64,000 nucleotides of DNA, taken from positions 41,983-105,982 of the forward strand of contig JAZUBA010000050.1 in assembly GCA_045638265.1 (NCBI GenBank), written 5' to 3'. Below are positions 40,692 through 50,001 of the stretch, piece after piece. The position numbers and the translations under genes are program-made. The notes under the pieces were generated by a model. That model had not been told where the DNA came from, did no database searches, and saw only the letters and a program-made list of their open reading frames with translations. How positions within the stretch are numbered: position 1 is the first letter of the stretch; every line of letters starts with the position of its first letter. The stretch comes from Alphaproteobacteria bacterium. GTDB taxonomy: Bacteria; Pseudomonadota; Alphaproteobacteria; CAAHEQ01; UBA3637.

Positions 40692-41354
40692 ATGAATCAA
40701 ATGAAACCGGAAATGGCAAAAATTGTCAAAGATATGTATCAACTCCCGTTTAACAAAATTCAACCCTCTATTCAGGCAATCAAAAAATTATTAAAAGAAG
40801 GTCATGATATTGATGCACAAAATGAAAAAGGAGATACATTACTTCATGTGGCATTAAATTGTTTTGCATTACGAGGCGGAAATACAATTCAAGCCGGTTT
40901 GCCAAACGAACGTGAAACGGTTTTAGATGTTTTATATTTAACAACAAAGCATCATCCCAATCCGTTTATCAAGAACAATGATAATTTAACGCCATCTATG
41001 TTGGCGGCTCAAACACGATTAACAAACGAATGGCAAATACTTTCATCTTATGAGCGCTTATATCAAGCCGAAAAACAAGATTTACAGGCAAAAGAAACAG
41101 GAAAAGCTTTACTGGGAATGCTTTATTTTATGGCAAATCATTATTATGAACAATACGGGCTTTCAAACGAAAATATTCCAAACGGCATTGATAAAAACAC
41201 AATAGCGGGAGCTGAAATGATTTATGAAACAGCTCAAAAGTTGGGAGCAAATAAGAATATGCCAACAGCACAATTTATAGCAGAGCATATCAATAAAATA
41301 AAGCAAAAACATCATATTTGTAAGCATTTATTCGGAGAGAGAGAAAAATCGTAA
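40692..41354 (+). CDS. Ankyrin-repeat-like protein
   Basis: GDTLLHVALN... and NNDNLTPSMLAA repeat-like segments. Confidence 0.5.
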   Translation: MNQMKPEMAKIVKDMYQLPFNKIQPSIQAIKKLLKEGHDIDAQNEKGDTLLHVALNCFALRGGNTIQAGLPNERETVLDVLYLTTKHHPNPFIKNNDNLTPSMLAAQTRLTNEWQILSSYERLYQAEKQDLQAKETGKALLGMLYFMANHYYEQYGLSNENIPNGIDKNTIAGAEMIYETAQKLGANKNMPTAQFIAEHINKIKQKHHICKHLFGEREKS

Positions 41355-41415
41355 AAAAAAAGCAAAAAAGGTATTGACAAACGAAATAAAAGATGATATA
41401 TTACATATATCTTGA

Positions 41416-41492
41416 CGCGGGGTAGAGCAGTCCGGTAGCTTGTCAGGCTCATAACCTGAAGGTCGTGAGGTTCAAATCCCACCCCCGCAACC
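41416..41492 (+). tRNA. Initiator tRNA-fMet (CAT)
   Basis: CGCGGGGTAGAGCAGTCCGGTAGCTTGTCAGGCTCATAACCTGAAGGTCGTGAGGTTCAAATCCCACCCCCGCAACCA; C1xA72 mismatch; close to E. coli tRNA-fMet. Confidence 0.85.
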
Positions 41493-41496
41493 AATA

Positions 41497-41526
41497 AAGA
41501 AAGCACTCATTTGAGTGCTTTTTTTT
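41497..41526 (+). terminator. Rho-independent terminator after tRNA-fMet
   Basis: aaagcactcatttgagtgcttttttttt. Confidence 0.7.
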
Positions 41527-41562
41527 TGTTGGTTATGGGGAAACAAGTGGGAATTGAGGCGA

Positions 41563-41700
41563 ACGAGCTTCAAGGTCGTGAGGTTCAAGCGAAAGCCCGT
41601 GAGACGACATTTGAAAAATGGCGGACGAACGGATGCGTGCTGAAAGGGACCCATTGTATACAATGGGAATTACCAAATCCCACCCCCCCCCACAACCAAT
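41563..41700 (+). pseudogene. Partial duplicate of tRNA-fMet 3' half plus 12 bp downstream flank, interrupted by an 89-bp insertion in the T-loop
   Basis: cttcaaggtcgtgaggttcaa | 89 bp | aatcccaccccccccacaaccaataaagaaagca repeats 41462-41504. Confidence 0.7.
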
Positions 41701-41778
41701 AAAGAAAGCATCTTTTTATTTTAATATATCTTGAAGATAAAAACCTTATTTTTCAATTTGTTATGCGTTACAGATAAA

Positions 41779-41930
41779 CGTACGTTTATGTGCAACGATT
41801 TCGCCTATAAGCCCAAAAATGGGAGAACATAAGGAAATATCACAAACAAGCCAATGTTTTCAAATCACAAAAATTAAAAAAATAAAAAAAAATACATAAA
41901 AATAAAAAAAACATTGCAAACAAACACAGC
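41779..41930. repeat. IR-bounded element B (distal IR intact, proximal IR degenerate) upstream of gene B
   Basis: cgtacgtttatgtgcaac (41779-41796) then gatttcgcctataag... near-identical to element A interior; right arm cattgcaaacaaacacagc degenerate. Confidence 0.6.
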
Positions 41931-41997
41931 TTCTGCTATAATTAAATTTAAAGAATTTAATTTATTATATAATTTAAATAACAACATGAGAAGTTAA

Positions 41998-43188
41998 ATG
42001 CAACAAGATACAAACGAACGTGGCCGCTCATTAACAGAAATGTTGGGTGTTTTAGCTGTTATTGGCGTCCTTTCAATTGGTGGAATTCAAGGTTATCGTT
42101 ATGCTATGAATAAATACCGTGCCAATAATGTATTAAATGAAATCAATATGGCATCACATCAACTATCAACTATATTGTTGACATCAATGGAAGAACAAAA
42201 GGTTATTTCATTAGGTAATCCCTATGATAACGGAACAATCAGAACAGAAAATTATCCGTTTGATTATGGGTGTGGCAATTATGATAGTTTAGAACGGGCT
42301 TGTCAACAAGCTGAGGAAGGATATTGGATGACTATCGGTGGTATTGAACAAAATCTCTGTCAAAATATACTTTCAAATTCAGAACATTTACCTTATTTTG
42401 TTGAACAACGTCTTAATGAGGAAACAGTAACAGATGATTCAATTTGCGAAGAAGATAATGAAATTATGTTGTTATTCAACTCAAATGGTTCAGGTGAATT
42501 GGCTCCTGATGTTAGTAATAAAGAACTGACGGATGTTGATTGTCCAATCAATACATCAGTTGATGGTCTGGGTGGATATGCTGTAACAGAAATGGATAAA
42601 ATATCCGGAAAAATGATGGATTGCCATTGCACAAAAATGAATACAAAATACGATGGCGATGGTATATGTGTTGCATTACCTGAAAAATGTAAATCAAACA
42701 ATGATTGTAATAAAGGTGATTATTGTGATATTACAAGTTACGGTAGCTCCAATTGTATGACAAATACAACCAGTATCACTGGAATATGCCGAAATGCAAA
42801 AGCCGATATCAGACCCGCCCCATCTAACAACTCATCTCCATTTATTGTTTCTGAACACAAAATGATGTGGTGGGGTGCTAAAAACTTCTGTCAAGCATTG
42901 AAAAAAACATTAGTTGAAGTAAATGATTTTGAATGTGCCCATTCAATCTGCCGAAGCGGATGTACCGCCAAAAGCGGGTATTGTCATGAAGATACATCAA
43001 TAAGTGTATCAACCAAAAGTTCAACGAATATTTCTCCTGTTATGCAAGAATTAAAAAAGGCATTTAGTAGTACATACGGTTGGACAAATTCCAGTTATAC
43101 CAGTTGTAATCCGTACTTTGTTTATTTTTTTGAAGGATACATCTATACAAATGGACCAAATCGTACACATCCTGCCATATGCAAGTAG
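41998..43188 (+). CDS. Family member B: TadE/prepilin-like N-terminus plus cysteine-rich domain with C-type-lectin-like module
   Basis: ERGRSLTEMLGVLAVIGVLSIGGIQGYRYAMNKY; MMWWGAKNFCQALKKTLVEV; conserved N-domain shared with A and D. Confidence 0.8.
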   Translation: MQQDTNERGRSLTEMLGVLAVIGVLSIGGIQGYRYAMNKYRANNVLNEINMASHQLSTILLTSMEEQKVISLGNPYDNGTIRTENYPFDYGCGNYDSLERACQQAEEGYWMTIGGIEQNLCQNILSNSEHLPYFVEQRLNEETVTDDSICEEDNEIMLLFNSNGSGELAPDVSNKELTDVDCPINTSVDGLGGYAVTEMDKISGKMMDCHCTKMNTKYDGDGICVALPEKCKSNNDCNKGDYCDITSYGSSNCMTNTTSITGICRNAKADIRPAPSNNSSPFIVSEHKMMWWGAKNFCQALKKTLVEVNDFECAHSICRSGCTAKSGYCHEDTSISVSTKSSTNISPVMQELKKAFSSTYGWTNSSYTSCNPYFVYFFEGYIYTNGPNRTHPAICK

Positions 43189-43366
43189 TTTGATGAATAC
43201 GCAACGGTTAACAATTCTCCCCACCTCTCTTTTACAACCCCTATTCCTTACTTTGGCATTGGATTTTACAAATTTCATCATCCCCTACTCTTTTTTATCC
43301 ACATAAAAAAACACCCTCTTTCCAATCAGGAAAAAGGGCGTTTTTGTGTCTGTATCCAGTCGTGAA

Positions 43367-43897
43367 TTATTCAGCAACTGTTTCTTGAGCTTGTGCAGCA
43401 ACGGCTGCTTCAGCTTCTTTTTTAGCTTTTGTAACAGCACGTTTGGCTTCTTCAGCTGAACGAGCAATGTTAACACGAACTGTTTGTGCTACGTCTGGGT
43501 GTAAGGACAAACGAACATCAAAAATACCTAAATTTTTGAACGGTTGACCTAAATCAATTTGACGGCGTTCAATTTTAAAGCCTGCTTCACGAATAGAATC
43601 GCAAATATCACGCATTGTAACTGAACCGTATAATTGACCTGTTTCAGCAGCTTGACGAATGATTACAACTGATAAACCAGCCATTTTTTGAGCCATATCT
43701 TCGGCTTCTGATTTTAATTTTAAGTTGTAAGCTTCATATTCTTTACGTTTTGATTCAAATAAAGCCAAATTGTCTTTTGTTTTACGCAAAGCTTTCTTTT
43801 GCGGTAACAAATAGTTGCGGGCATATCCGTTTTTAACGTTAACAACGTCACCCATTTGACCTAAACGTTCAATTCTTTCTAATAAAATTACTTCCAT
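43367..43897 (-). CDS. rplI: 50S ribosomal protein L9
   Basis: MEVILLERIERLGQMGDVVNVKNGYARNYLLPQ. Confidence 0.9.
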   Translation of the reverse strand: MEVILLERIERLGQMGDVVNVKNGYARNYLLPQKKALRKTKDNLALFESKRKEYEAYNLKLKSEAEDMAQKMAGLSVVIIRQAAETGQLYGSVTMRDICDSIREAGFKIERRQIDLGQPFKNLGIFDVRLSLHPDVAQTVRVNIARSAEEAKRAVTKAKKEAEAAVAAQAQETVAE

Positions 43898-43911
43898 TTA
43901 ATCCTCCATTA

Positions 43912-44142
43912 TTAATCAGCGACAAACGGCAGTAATGCTAAAAAGCGAGCACGTTTAACTGCTTTTGACAAAGCACGTTGGTGTTTTGCACAGTTGGCAG
44001 ATACACGAGCCGGTACCATTTTACCACGTTCTGAAAGAAAATGGCTCAATGTTTTGACGTCTTTGTAATCAATGTCTGAAACATTGTTTGCACAGAATTG
44101 GCATGTTTTTTTATGCCGATAAAAAGAACCTTTTTCAGCCAT
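43912..44142 (-). CDS. rpsR: 30S ribosomal protein S18
   Basis: [11 protein letters not shown]...[24 protein letters not shown]. Confidence 0.9.
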   Translation of the reverse strand: MAEKGSFYRHKKTCQFCANNVSDIDYKDVKTLSHFLSERGKMVPARVSANCAKHQRALSKAVKRARFLALLPFVAD

Positions 44143-44519
44143 TACATATCTCCTTCAATTTCAACTTCGTATTTGTCTTCGGATTTAGCTTTGCGTGATT
44201 TCGGTTCCATCATAACAGACGGACCTTCTTCTAAAGCTTCAACTTTAACTGTTAAATAACGTAACAAATTTTCATCCAAACGCATTAAACGTTCCATTTC
44301 AACAACGGCAGCTGCCGGTGCATCAATGTTGATTAATGTGTAATAACCTTTACGGTTTTTGTTGATTTTGTAGGCTAATGTACGTAAGCCCCAGTTTTCA
44401 CGTTTTGAAACTTTACCACCGTTATTTTCAATAACAGAAACGTATTTGTCTGTTAATTCAGTAACTTTTGCAGGTGTCAAGTCTTGACGTGCAATAAATA
44501 CATTTTCATAAAAAGGCAT
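44142..44519 (-). CDS. rpsF: 30S ribosomal protein S6
   Basis: [19 protein letters not shown]... Confidence 0.9.
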   Translation of the reverse strand: MPFYENVFIARQDLTPAKVTELTDKYVSVIENNGGKVSKRENWGLRTLAYKINKNRKGYYTLINIDAPAAAVVEMERLMRLDENLLRYLTVKVEALEEGPSVMMEPKSRKAKSEDKYEVEIEGDM

Positions 44520-44682
44520 AATATTTTCCTTCTGGTTTTCTCGCCTCTGTTAAAACACATATTCCCCATGAATATATGCCCGAGGTATAGCCCTTGTCCG
44601 ATTGCAAGAGCAAGGATTTAATCGGAACAGCGTTTATTATACACTTATTTTTTTAAAAATCAAGTATTTTTTTAAACAATCC

Positions 44683-46062
44683 TTATTTTTTCTTTTTGCT
44701 GTCCGTTGATTCGCTTTCAACAAACTCTTCACCCATTTGATATAATTTTTTACGTGTTTCTTCATCAAATGTATCAACTTCATCAGACAAATCAGAAACA
44801 TCAGAATTTTGAACTTCAACAGGCTCTTGTGCTTTATTCATTCTATCCAACATATCATCATGTGATGTATCGCATTCTTTTTTACCGACATATGGCAATG
44901 TAACATCAACCAATGACGGGGCGTAATAGTTAATGGTATCGCATTCTTGTGCATTAAACGTTAAATGATAAGGCAAAATACGGGGTTTATCCGGCATCAA
45001 ACGCTTTTTCATTTCATCAAACGTTAAATTTTGGGTGATATTATGCTCTTTACAAAAAGTAAGACACAGCGATGTTTTATATAAATTCAAAATAATACGA
45101 TCATTCGGAAATTTCAGAACAACACCGGCTTTATGTATCTCTGTTACCGTTCCCCGATTAGGCAGGTTATCCCCTTCGGTAACACTGTATGTCTCACCGG
45201 CCTTATCTTGCAAAACAGCACGCATACCGTCTACTTCCAACAACAAATAAGGTTTCTCAACAAATTTTGATTCCTCCTTTAATGCCGTACCACATTGACA
45301 GGATAATTCATCACTCGTATATGTTTTGACTGTTTCCAAAGATATTTTTTCACACGAATACATTTTTTGCTGCATCATATCTTTGGCTTCCTGAACACTG
45401 ATTTTTCCCTGTTTTGCCAAATGATACAATCCTAAATTTTCCTGTGCCGATTCACAACCAAGCAAAATAGCACGCCAAATGTGATTAAAAGCTTCTTTTG
45501 TATTTTCAACTTTACCGTCCGATGCCATATATAACAATATTCCGCTGATATGATTTGCCAACGCCGAGCGATTCTCACTGGCAGATTGCAGATAAGTTTT
45601 GTATTTTTCATCATTGTTTTTCAGATAATGAATAGCAAATGTTTCAGCAATCATTCCCTTTTCTTCCACACCTAAATCACCGGCTTCAATGGCTTGATTA
45701 ACAAGTTTAAAAGCTTGATTAATATCGCCCTTACGTGCTGTTTGAACGGCTTTATATACCAATGCAGGACCATATCCGGTTGCATAGGCTTTTTGACAAT
45801 ACATGTCATGATATAAATGATTCGGATAGCGTTTACAAATTTCATACAATGCCCGTTTTGATTTTTTTTGACTGGCATACGGCGCCCACCTGCTCCACGT
45901 TAATTTTTCATCATTAAATCCACATTCATCAAAAATGCGAATATCATCGGTTTTTCCCGAGTCGTAATCTAAAATGAGTTTCGTACACGTTTCGTAATCC
46001 GTTTCAGCAAAAACAATACCGGAAATACCTATAAATAAAAATGTTAATAAAAAATAACGCAT
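44683..46062 (-). CDS. Secreted Sel1/TPR-like repeat protein with acidic C-terminus
   Basis: Signal peptide MRYFLLTFLFIGISGIVFA; Sel1-like A/G/Y-rich repeats; start trimmed to 46062. Confidence 0.5.
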   Translation of the reverse strand: MRYFLLTFLFIGISGIVFAETDYETCTKLILDYDSGKTDDIRIFDECGFNDEKLTWSRWAPYASQKKSKRALYEICKRYPNHLYHDMYCQKAYATGYGPALVYKAVQTARKGDINQAFKLVNQAIEAGDLGVEEKGMIAETFAIHYLKNNDEKYKTYLQSASENRSALANHISGILLYMASDGKVENTKEAFNHIWRAILLGCESAQENLGLYHLAKQGKISVQEAKDMMQQKMYSCEKISLETVKTYTSDELSCQCGTALKEESKFVEKPYLLLEVDGMRAVLQDKAGETYSVTEGDNLPNRGTVTEIHKAGVVLKFPNDRIILNLYKTSLCLTFCKEHNITQNLTFDEMKKRLMPDKPRILPYHLTFNAQECDTINYYAPSLVDVTLPYVGKKECDTSHDDMLDRMNKAQEPVEVQNSDVSDLSDEVDTFDEETRKKLYQMGEEFVESESTDSKKKK

Positions 46063-46195
46063 TTTAAATCCTTTCATCTCTTTTTTTTCATACCAAAACA
46101 TTTATTAATTGGCAAGCAAAAAAATCACTCTTGACTTTTATTATAATATTCGTTATCTTTATAAATTATCAATATCAACTTAAAAGGAGGGCGTC

Positions 46196-46618
46196 ATGAC
46201 ATTTATTGTTTTACCACCAGACTACAAACCGTCTGTTGACGAAGAATATATGAATGAACAACAATTGGAGTATTTCCGTCGCAAATTGCAAGCTTGGAAA
46301 GACGAGTTACTGAAAGAATCGGAATGCACTTTACAGGACTTAAAAGAAACAAGTTTGCACGAAGCTGATCCCAATGATCGTGCCAGCAGTGAAACAGATC
46401 AATTTTTGGAGTTGCGTACGCGTGACAGAATGCGTAAGTTAATTAAAAAAATTGACAGTGCTTTAAAACGAATCGCCGACGGATCTTACGGTTATTGTGA
46501 AGAAACCGGCGAACCTATCGGTTTAGGTCGTTTAGAAGCTCGTCCGGTTACAACGTTGTGTATTGAAGCACAGGAAAGACACGAGAAAAACGAAAAAGTT
46601 TATGCAGATGACAAATAA
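46196..46618 (+). CDS. dksA: RNA polymerase-binding transcription factor DksA
   Basis: C4 zinc finger CEETGEPIGLGRLEARPVTTLCIEAQ; coiled-coil N-term. Confidence 0.85.
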   Translation: MTFIVLPPDYKPSVDEEYMNEQQLEYFRRKLQAWKDELLKESECTLQDLKETSLHEADPNDRASSETDQFLELRTRDRMRKLIKKIDSALKRIADGSYGYCEETGEPIGLGRLEARPVTTLCIEAQERHEKNEKVYADDK

Positions 46619-47198
46619 TTTTTGGCAACTTAAAGAAGGGTTTATTTTAGCCTCCGGTTCGCCACAACGTAAAGCGTTGTTAGAACAGGTACACTTATAT
46701 CCGGATATGATTGTTTCACCGGATATAAATGAAGATATGCTCAAAAATGAATTGCCTGCACAATACGTTAAACGAATTGCCGTTGAAAAGGCGAAAGCCG
46801 TTGCTCAACAACATCCGAACAGATGTATTTTAGCGGCAGATACAATTTTGGCGGTCGGACGAAGAATCATCCGAAAAGCCAAAACGGAAGATGAAGCACG
46901 AGCCCATTTAGATTTACTTTCCGGCAGACGTCATCGGGTTATTACCGGATTATGCGTCATTACTCCCAACGGAAAAATCATTGCTCGTGTTTCATCAACC
47001 ATTATTATAATGAAACATTTATCTGATGAAGATAAATCATTCATTTTAAAAGCAAACGAATGGCAAAACGTTGCTGGTTACAAAATTGAAGGCATCATTT
47101 CGGCATTTGTAAAAAAAATGATTGGCTCCTACGACAGCGTTGTCGGTTTACCGGTTTATGAAACGGTACATATTTTGCGTGGAATTTCCAATTTATGA
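46602..47198 (+). CDS. maf: Maf-like nucleotide pyrophosphatase
   Basis: ILASGSPQRKALL... Maf signature; start ATG 46602. Confidence 0.8.
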   Translation: MQMTNNFWQLKEGFILASGSPQRKALLEQVHLYPDMIVSPDINEDMLKNELPAQYVKRIAVEKAKAVAQQHPNRCILAADTILAVGRRIIRKAKTEDEARAHLDLLSGRRHRVITGLCVITPNGKIIARVSSTIIIMKHLSDEDKSFILKANEWQNVAGYKIEGIISAFVKKMIGSYDSVVGLPVYETVHILRGISNL

Positions 47199-48142
47199 AA
47201 TTAATAGAAAAAAACTACGATAACATTTATATTGCAGGTTTGTTTGACACTCATAACAAACCATTTTTATTCAAAATTCAACGTGTTAACGCCCTAAATT
47301 ACGGCGAAATTACAACAGGTAAAATCACACATAAAAATACTACGTTAGGTGGTTATTTTATTGAAACAGAAAAAAAGCAACCTATCTTTGTTCCAACACA
47401 TAAAAAATTTTCCATCGGAGAAACTGTAACCGTTCATGTTACAAAAGAAGCACGTTTAGGAAAAGATGCGACAGGAATTATAAGCGATAAATCTGATAAA
47501 TCAGCCACACTATCCGATATTCTTTTTCAGTTTGACACAATAGATAAATCAACCGAAAACGAAAACTTCGTATTAGTAGAAGCTATAGAAGAAGCACTGG
47601 AATGTAATATTACTTTTGCAGACGGTGCCAAAATACGGCTTGAAAGAACAAATGTTTGTTGGACATTTGATGTCGATTCGGCACAATCAACCCAGCCCTT
47701 AATGCAACTCAATGAAATGGCTTGTCCAATCATTGCCAATCATATCATGCTGAAAAATTTGTCTGGTTTAATTCTGATTGATTTTGCCGGATATAAAGCG
47801 CCCAAAGATGAAGAAAAATATCTTCTCATGCTACATCAATATTTATACAATGATCCGCGTACAAAAATTTTTGGTTTTACAAAAACAAAATTATGCGAAA
47901 TCAGACGAACACGCACAACTGCGTCTTTATTTGACATATTTTTAACACCGGAAGGCAAAAAGAATCCGACATTCTTGTGTATGGAAATTGAAGACAGATT
48001 AAACAATCGTTTTACTTCAATACCGGAATTACATATTCATCCAAGTGTGTTACCTCATTTAAGCCCCAAAATTAGAAATCAATGCATTATCAAAACAGAT
48101 GGCAATTTGCAAGAAGATGAATATATGTTAAAAGGAGAATAA
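47195..48142 (+). CDS. RNase E/G-family protein, shortened (Rng-like)
   Basis: Position after maf as in the mre–maf–rng order; degenerate S1-like N-term; only 315 aa. Confidence 0.45.
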   Translation: MKLIEKNYDNIYIAGLFDTHNKPFLFKIQRVNALNYGEITTGKITHKNTTLGGYFIETEKKQPIFVPTHKKFSIGETVTVHVTKEARLGKDATGIISDKSDKSATLSDILFQFDTIDKSTENENFVLVEAIEEALECNITFADGAKIRLERTNVCWTFDVDSAQSTQPLMQLNEMACPIIANHIMLKNLSGLILIDFAGYKAPKDEEKYLLMLHQYLYNDPRTKIFGFTKTKLCEIRRTRTTASLFDIFLTPEGKKNPTFLCMEIEDRLNNRFTSIPELHIHPSVLPHLSPKIRNQCIIKTDGNLQEDEYMLKGE

Positions 48143-48145
48143 ATT

Positions 48146-48328
48146 ATGACAAGAGAAAAAAAATGCCCTATTTGCGGTAAAGAAACAGACGAAGCATACA
48201 AACCGTTTTGCTCAAAAAAATGTGCCGACATTGATTTAGGACGTTGGTTAAAGGGGACATACGTCATTCATACCGATGAAAAGCCCGAAGATGAAAGCAT
48301 TTTAGCAAAAAATAATGAGGAAAACTAA
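48146..48328 (+). CDS. yacG: DNA gyrase inhibitor YacG (zinc-binding)
   Basis: CPICGKE...[15 protein letters not shown]. Confidence 0.8.
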   Translation: MTREKKCPICGKETDEAYKPFCSKKCADIDLGRWLKGTYVIHTDEKPEDESILAKNNEEN

Positions 48329-48408
48329 ACACTTATAAAAAAGTTGTATTTTTTAGAAAAAAAAGCTTTACATTTTGATTTTTTTTCTGTATAAAGAATA
48401 CATCGGTT

Positions 48409-48484
48409 GCCTGGGTAGCTCAGTTGGTAGAGCAAGGGACTGAAAATCCCTGTGTCGGCGGTTCGATTCCGTCCCCAGGCACCA
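48409..48484 (+). tRNA. tRNA-Phe (GAA)
   Basis: GCCTGGGTAGCTCAGTTGGTAGAGCAAGGGACTGAAAATCCCTGTGTCGGCGGTTCGATTCCGTCCCCAGGCACCA. Confidence 0.9.
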
Positions 48485-48559
48485 TTTAAAACCTCCTATT
48501 TAGGAGGTTTTTTTTGTAAAACAACATTATCTTTTTTACAACAAAATCGGATACAAATT

Positions 48560-49072
48560 ATGGTAAAAAAATTATACTGCGGTGGGGCTTTTGATTTTGA
48601 CTATATGCAACCAGATTACACAATAAAAGCATCTCAAGATTATAGAGTTACAGCAATATTAAAAGATTTAAACACATTTTTGTACGGACGAAAAAATGTT
48701 TCATTAAGTCAAAATCTGGATTATATCGGTCCATTCTATTGCGAAACAGACACAATGCGTGGAGATGATATTGTCAATACAGAATTAAGGATGATTGAAG
48801 AAGCGACAGACTGTATCTTTGTATTAGACAGAGCCAATTGTCCTGGGACAATCTGTGAATGTATCTATGCTACAACTTTAAAGAAAAACTTACATATATT
48901 TTACTTGCAAAAAAATAATGATGAAGAAACAGAAAGCGATTTACACACATCCTGCTGGTTTCCTATTTTAAGTGCTTTAAACATCAATCCTAATAACACA
49001 CAGATACACGCTTTTACATTTAAAGAAGATTTGCATTTAAAAATTGAATCATTAATCGCAAAACTCAAATAA
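48560..49072 (+). CDS. Nucleoside 2-deoxyribosyltransferase-like (NDT-like) domain protein
   Basis: LYCGGAF...GPFY...ADCIFVLDRANCPGTICECIYATTLKKNLHIFY resembles the NDT-like fold pattern; start set to ATG 48560. Confidence 0.45.
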   Translation: MVKKLYCGGAFDFDYMQPDYTIKASQDYRVTAILKDLNTFLYGRKNVSLSQNLDYIGPFYCETDTMRGDDIVNTELRMIEEATDCIFVLDRANCPGTICECIYATTLKKNLHIFYLQKNNDEETESDLHTSCWFPILSALNINPNNTQIHAFTFKEDLHLKIESLIAKLK

Positions 49073-49161
49073 TTTTTTATCACAAAGTGGAATAATATAA
49101 ACAAATGAGTATTCGGTAAAAAATTCAGTTTAAACCAAAATAAAAAAAGGGAGTTTTTAAA

Positions 49162-49575
49162 ATGAAAGTATTTGTTTCGGGCTGTTTTGATTTATTACAT
49201 AGCGGACACGTTAAATTTTTAATGGAAGCTTCAAAATTAGGCGAGTTATATGTTTCCGTCGGTTCAGATAAAACGGTCTACGAATTAAAAAACCGTCCGA
49301 CCGTTTTTAACGAAAACGAACGTAAATTTATGGTGGAAGCCTTACGTTGCGTGCATCAAGCCTTTATCGGCTCCGGCAATGGCATTTTAGATTTTATTCC
49401 TGAACTGGAAAAAGTACAGCCCGATATTTTTGTCGTCAATACCGATGGCGATTCAGAGAAAAAAAGAGATTATATTGAAAGCAAAGGTATTCAATATATT
49501 GTTTTAAACAGAGAACCCGAAACCGGTCTCCCTGCCCGCTCCACAACGGCTTTACGGCAACAGTTGAAGAAATAA
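49162..49575 (+). CDS. Cytidylyltransferase-like nucleotidyltransferase
   Basis: GCFDLLHSGH (HxGH) motif. Confidence 0.7.
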   Translation: MKVFVSGCFDLLHSGHVKFLMEASKLGELYVSVGSDKTVYELKNRPTVFNENERKFMVEALRCVHQAFIGSGNGILDFIPELEKVQPDIFVVNTDGDSEKKRDYIESKGIQYIVLNREPETGLPARSTTALRQQLKK

Positions 49576-49631
49576 CAATCATTTTACTTATAAAAAAAAC
49601 CTGCCTTTAACAGACAGGTTTCATTTTTATT

Positions 49632-49991
49632 CTAATTTTTATTAATGATACGTTGTACCTCTTCTCGTACAATCCGTTCCACAATATCCGGTAGGTTTTT
49701 ATTCAACCAATCCTGTAAAAACGGACGCAAATCTTGTTCCACATGCTCTTGTGTACCTGAATGAACCGGTTTAAGAGCATTCAACTGTTCTAATGCCGCT
49801 TGTGTTTTCATTTCCGTTTGAGGTGTTACTAATCGTCCGGCTGATAATTGCATTTGAGGTGTTAATTCATACACATCTTCATGAACCGGTTGAATTGGCG
49901 TTGTATTGGCTGTGTTCAAAGTTGCCGCTTCTCGTGACAACACTTGACGGATAGATGATAAAATTTCGGCAACTGATTGTTCTTGTTGCAT
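49632..49991 (-). CDS. Hypothetical protein (conserved neighbour of tolC)
   Basis: Start MQQEQSV with AAGGAG RBS. Confidence 0.45.
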   Translation of the reverse strand: MQQEQSVAEILSSIRQVLSREAATLNTANTTPIQPVHEDVYELTPQMQLSAGRLVTPQTEMKTQAALEQLNALKPVHSGTQEHVEQDLRPFLQDWLNKNLPDIVERIVREEVQRIINKN

Positions 49992-50001
49992 AACACACTC
50001 C

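Noticed and set aside
48452-48559. ORF-track N-terminal extension of the NDT-like gene beginning at 48452
   Set aside because: It overlaps tRNA-Phe (48409-48484) and its terminator. A proper ATG with upstream context is at 48560.
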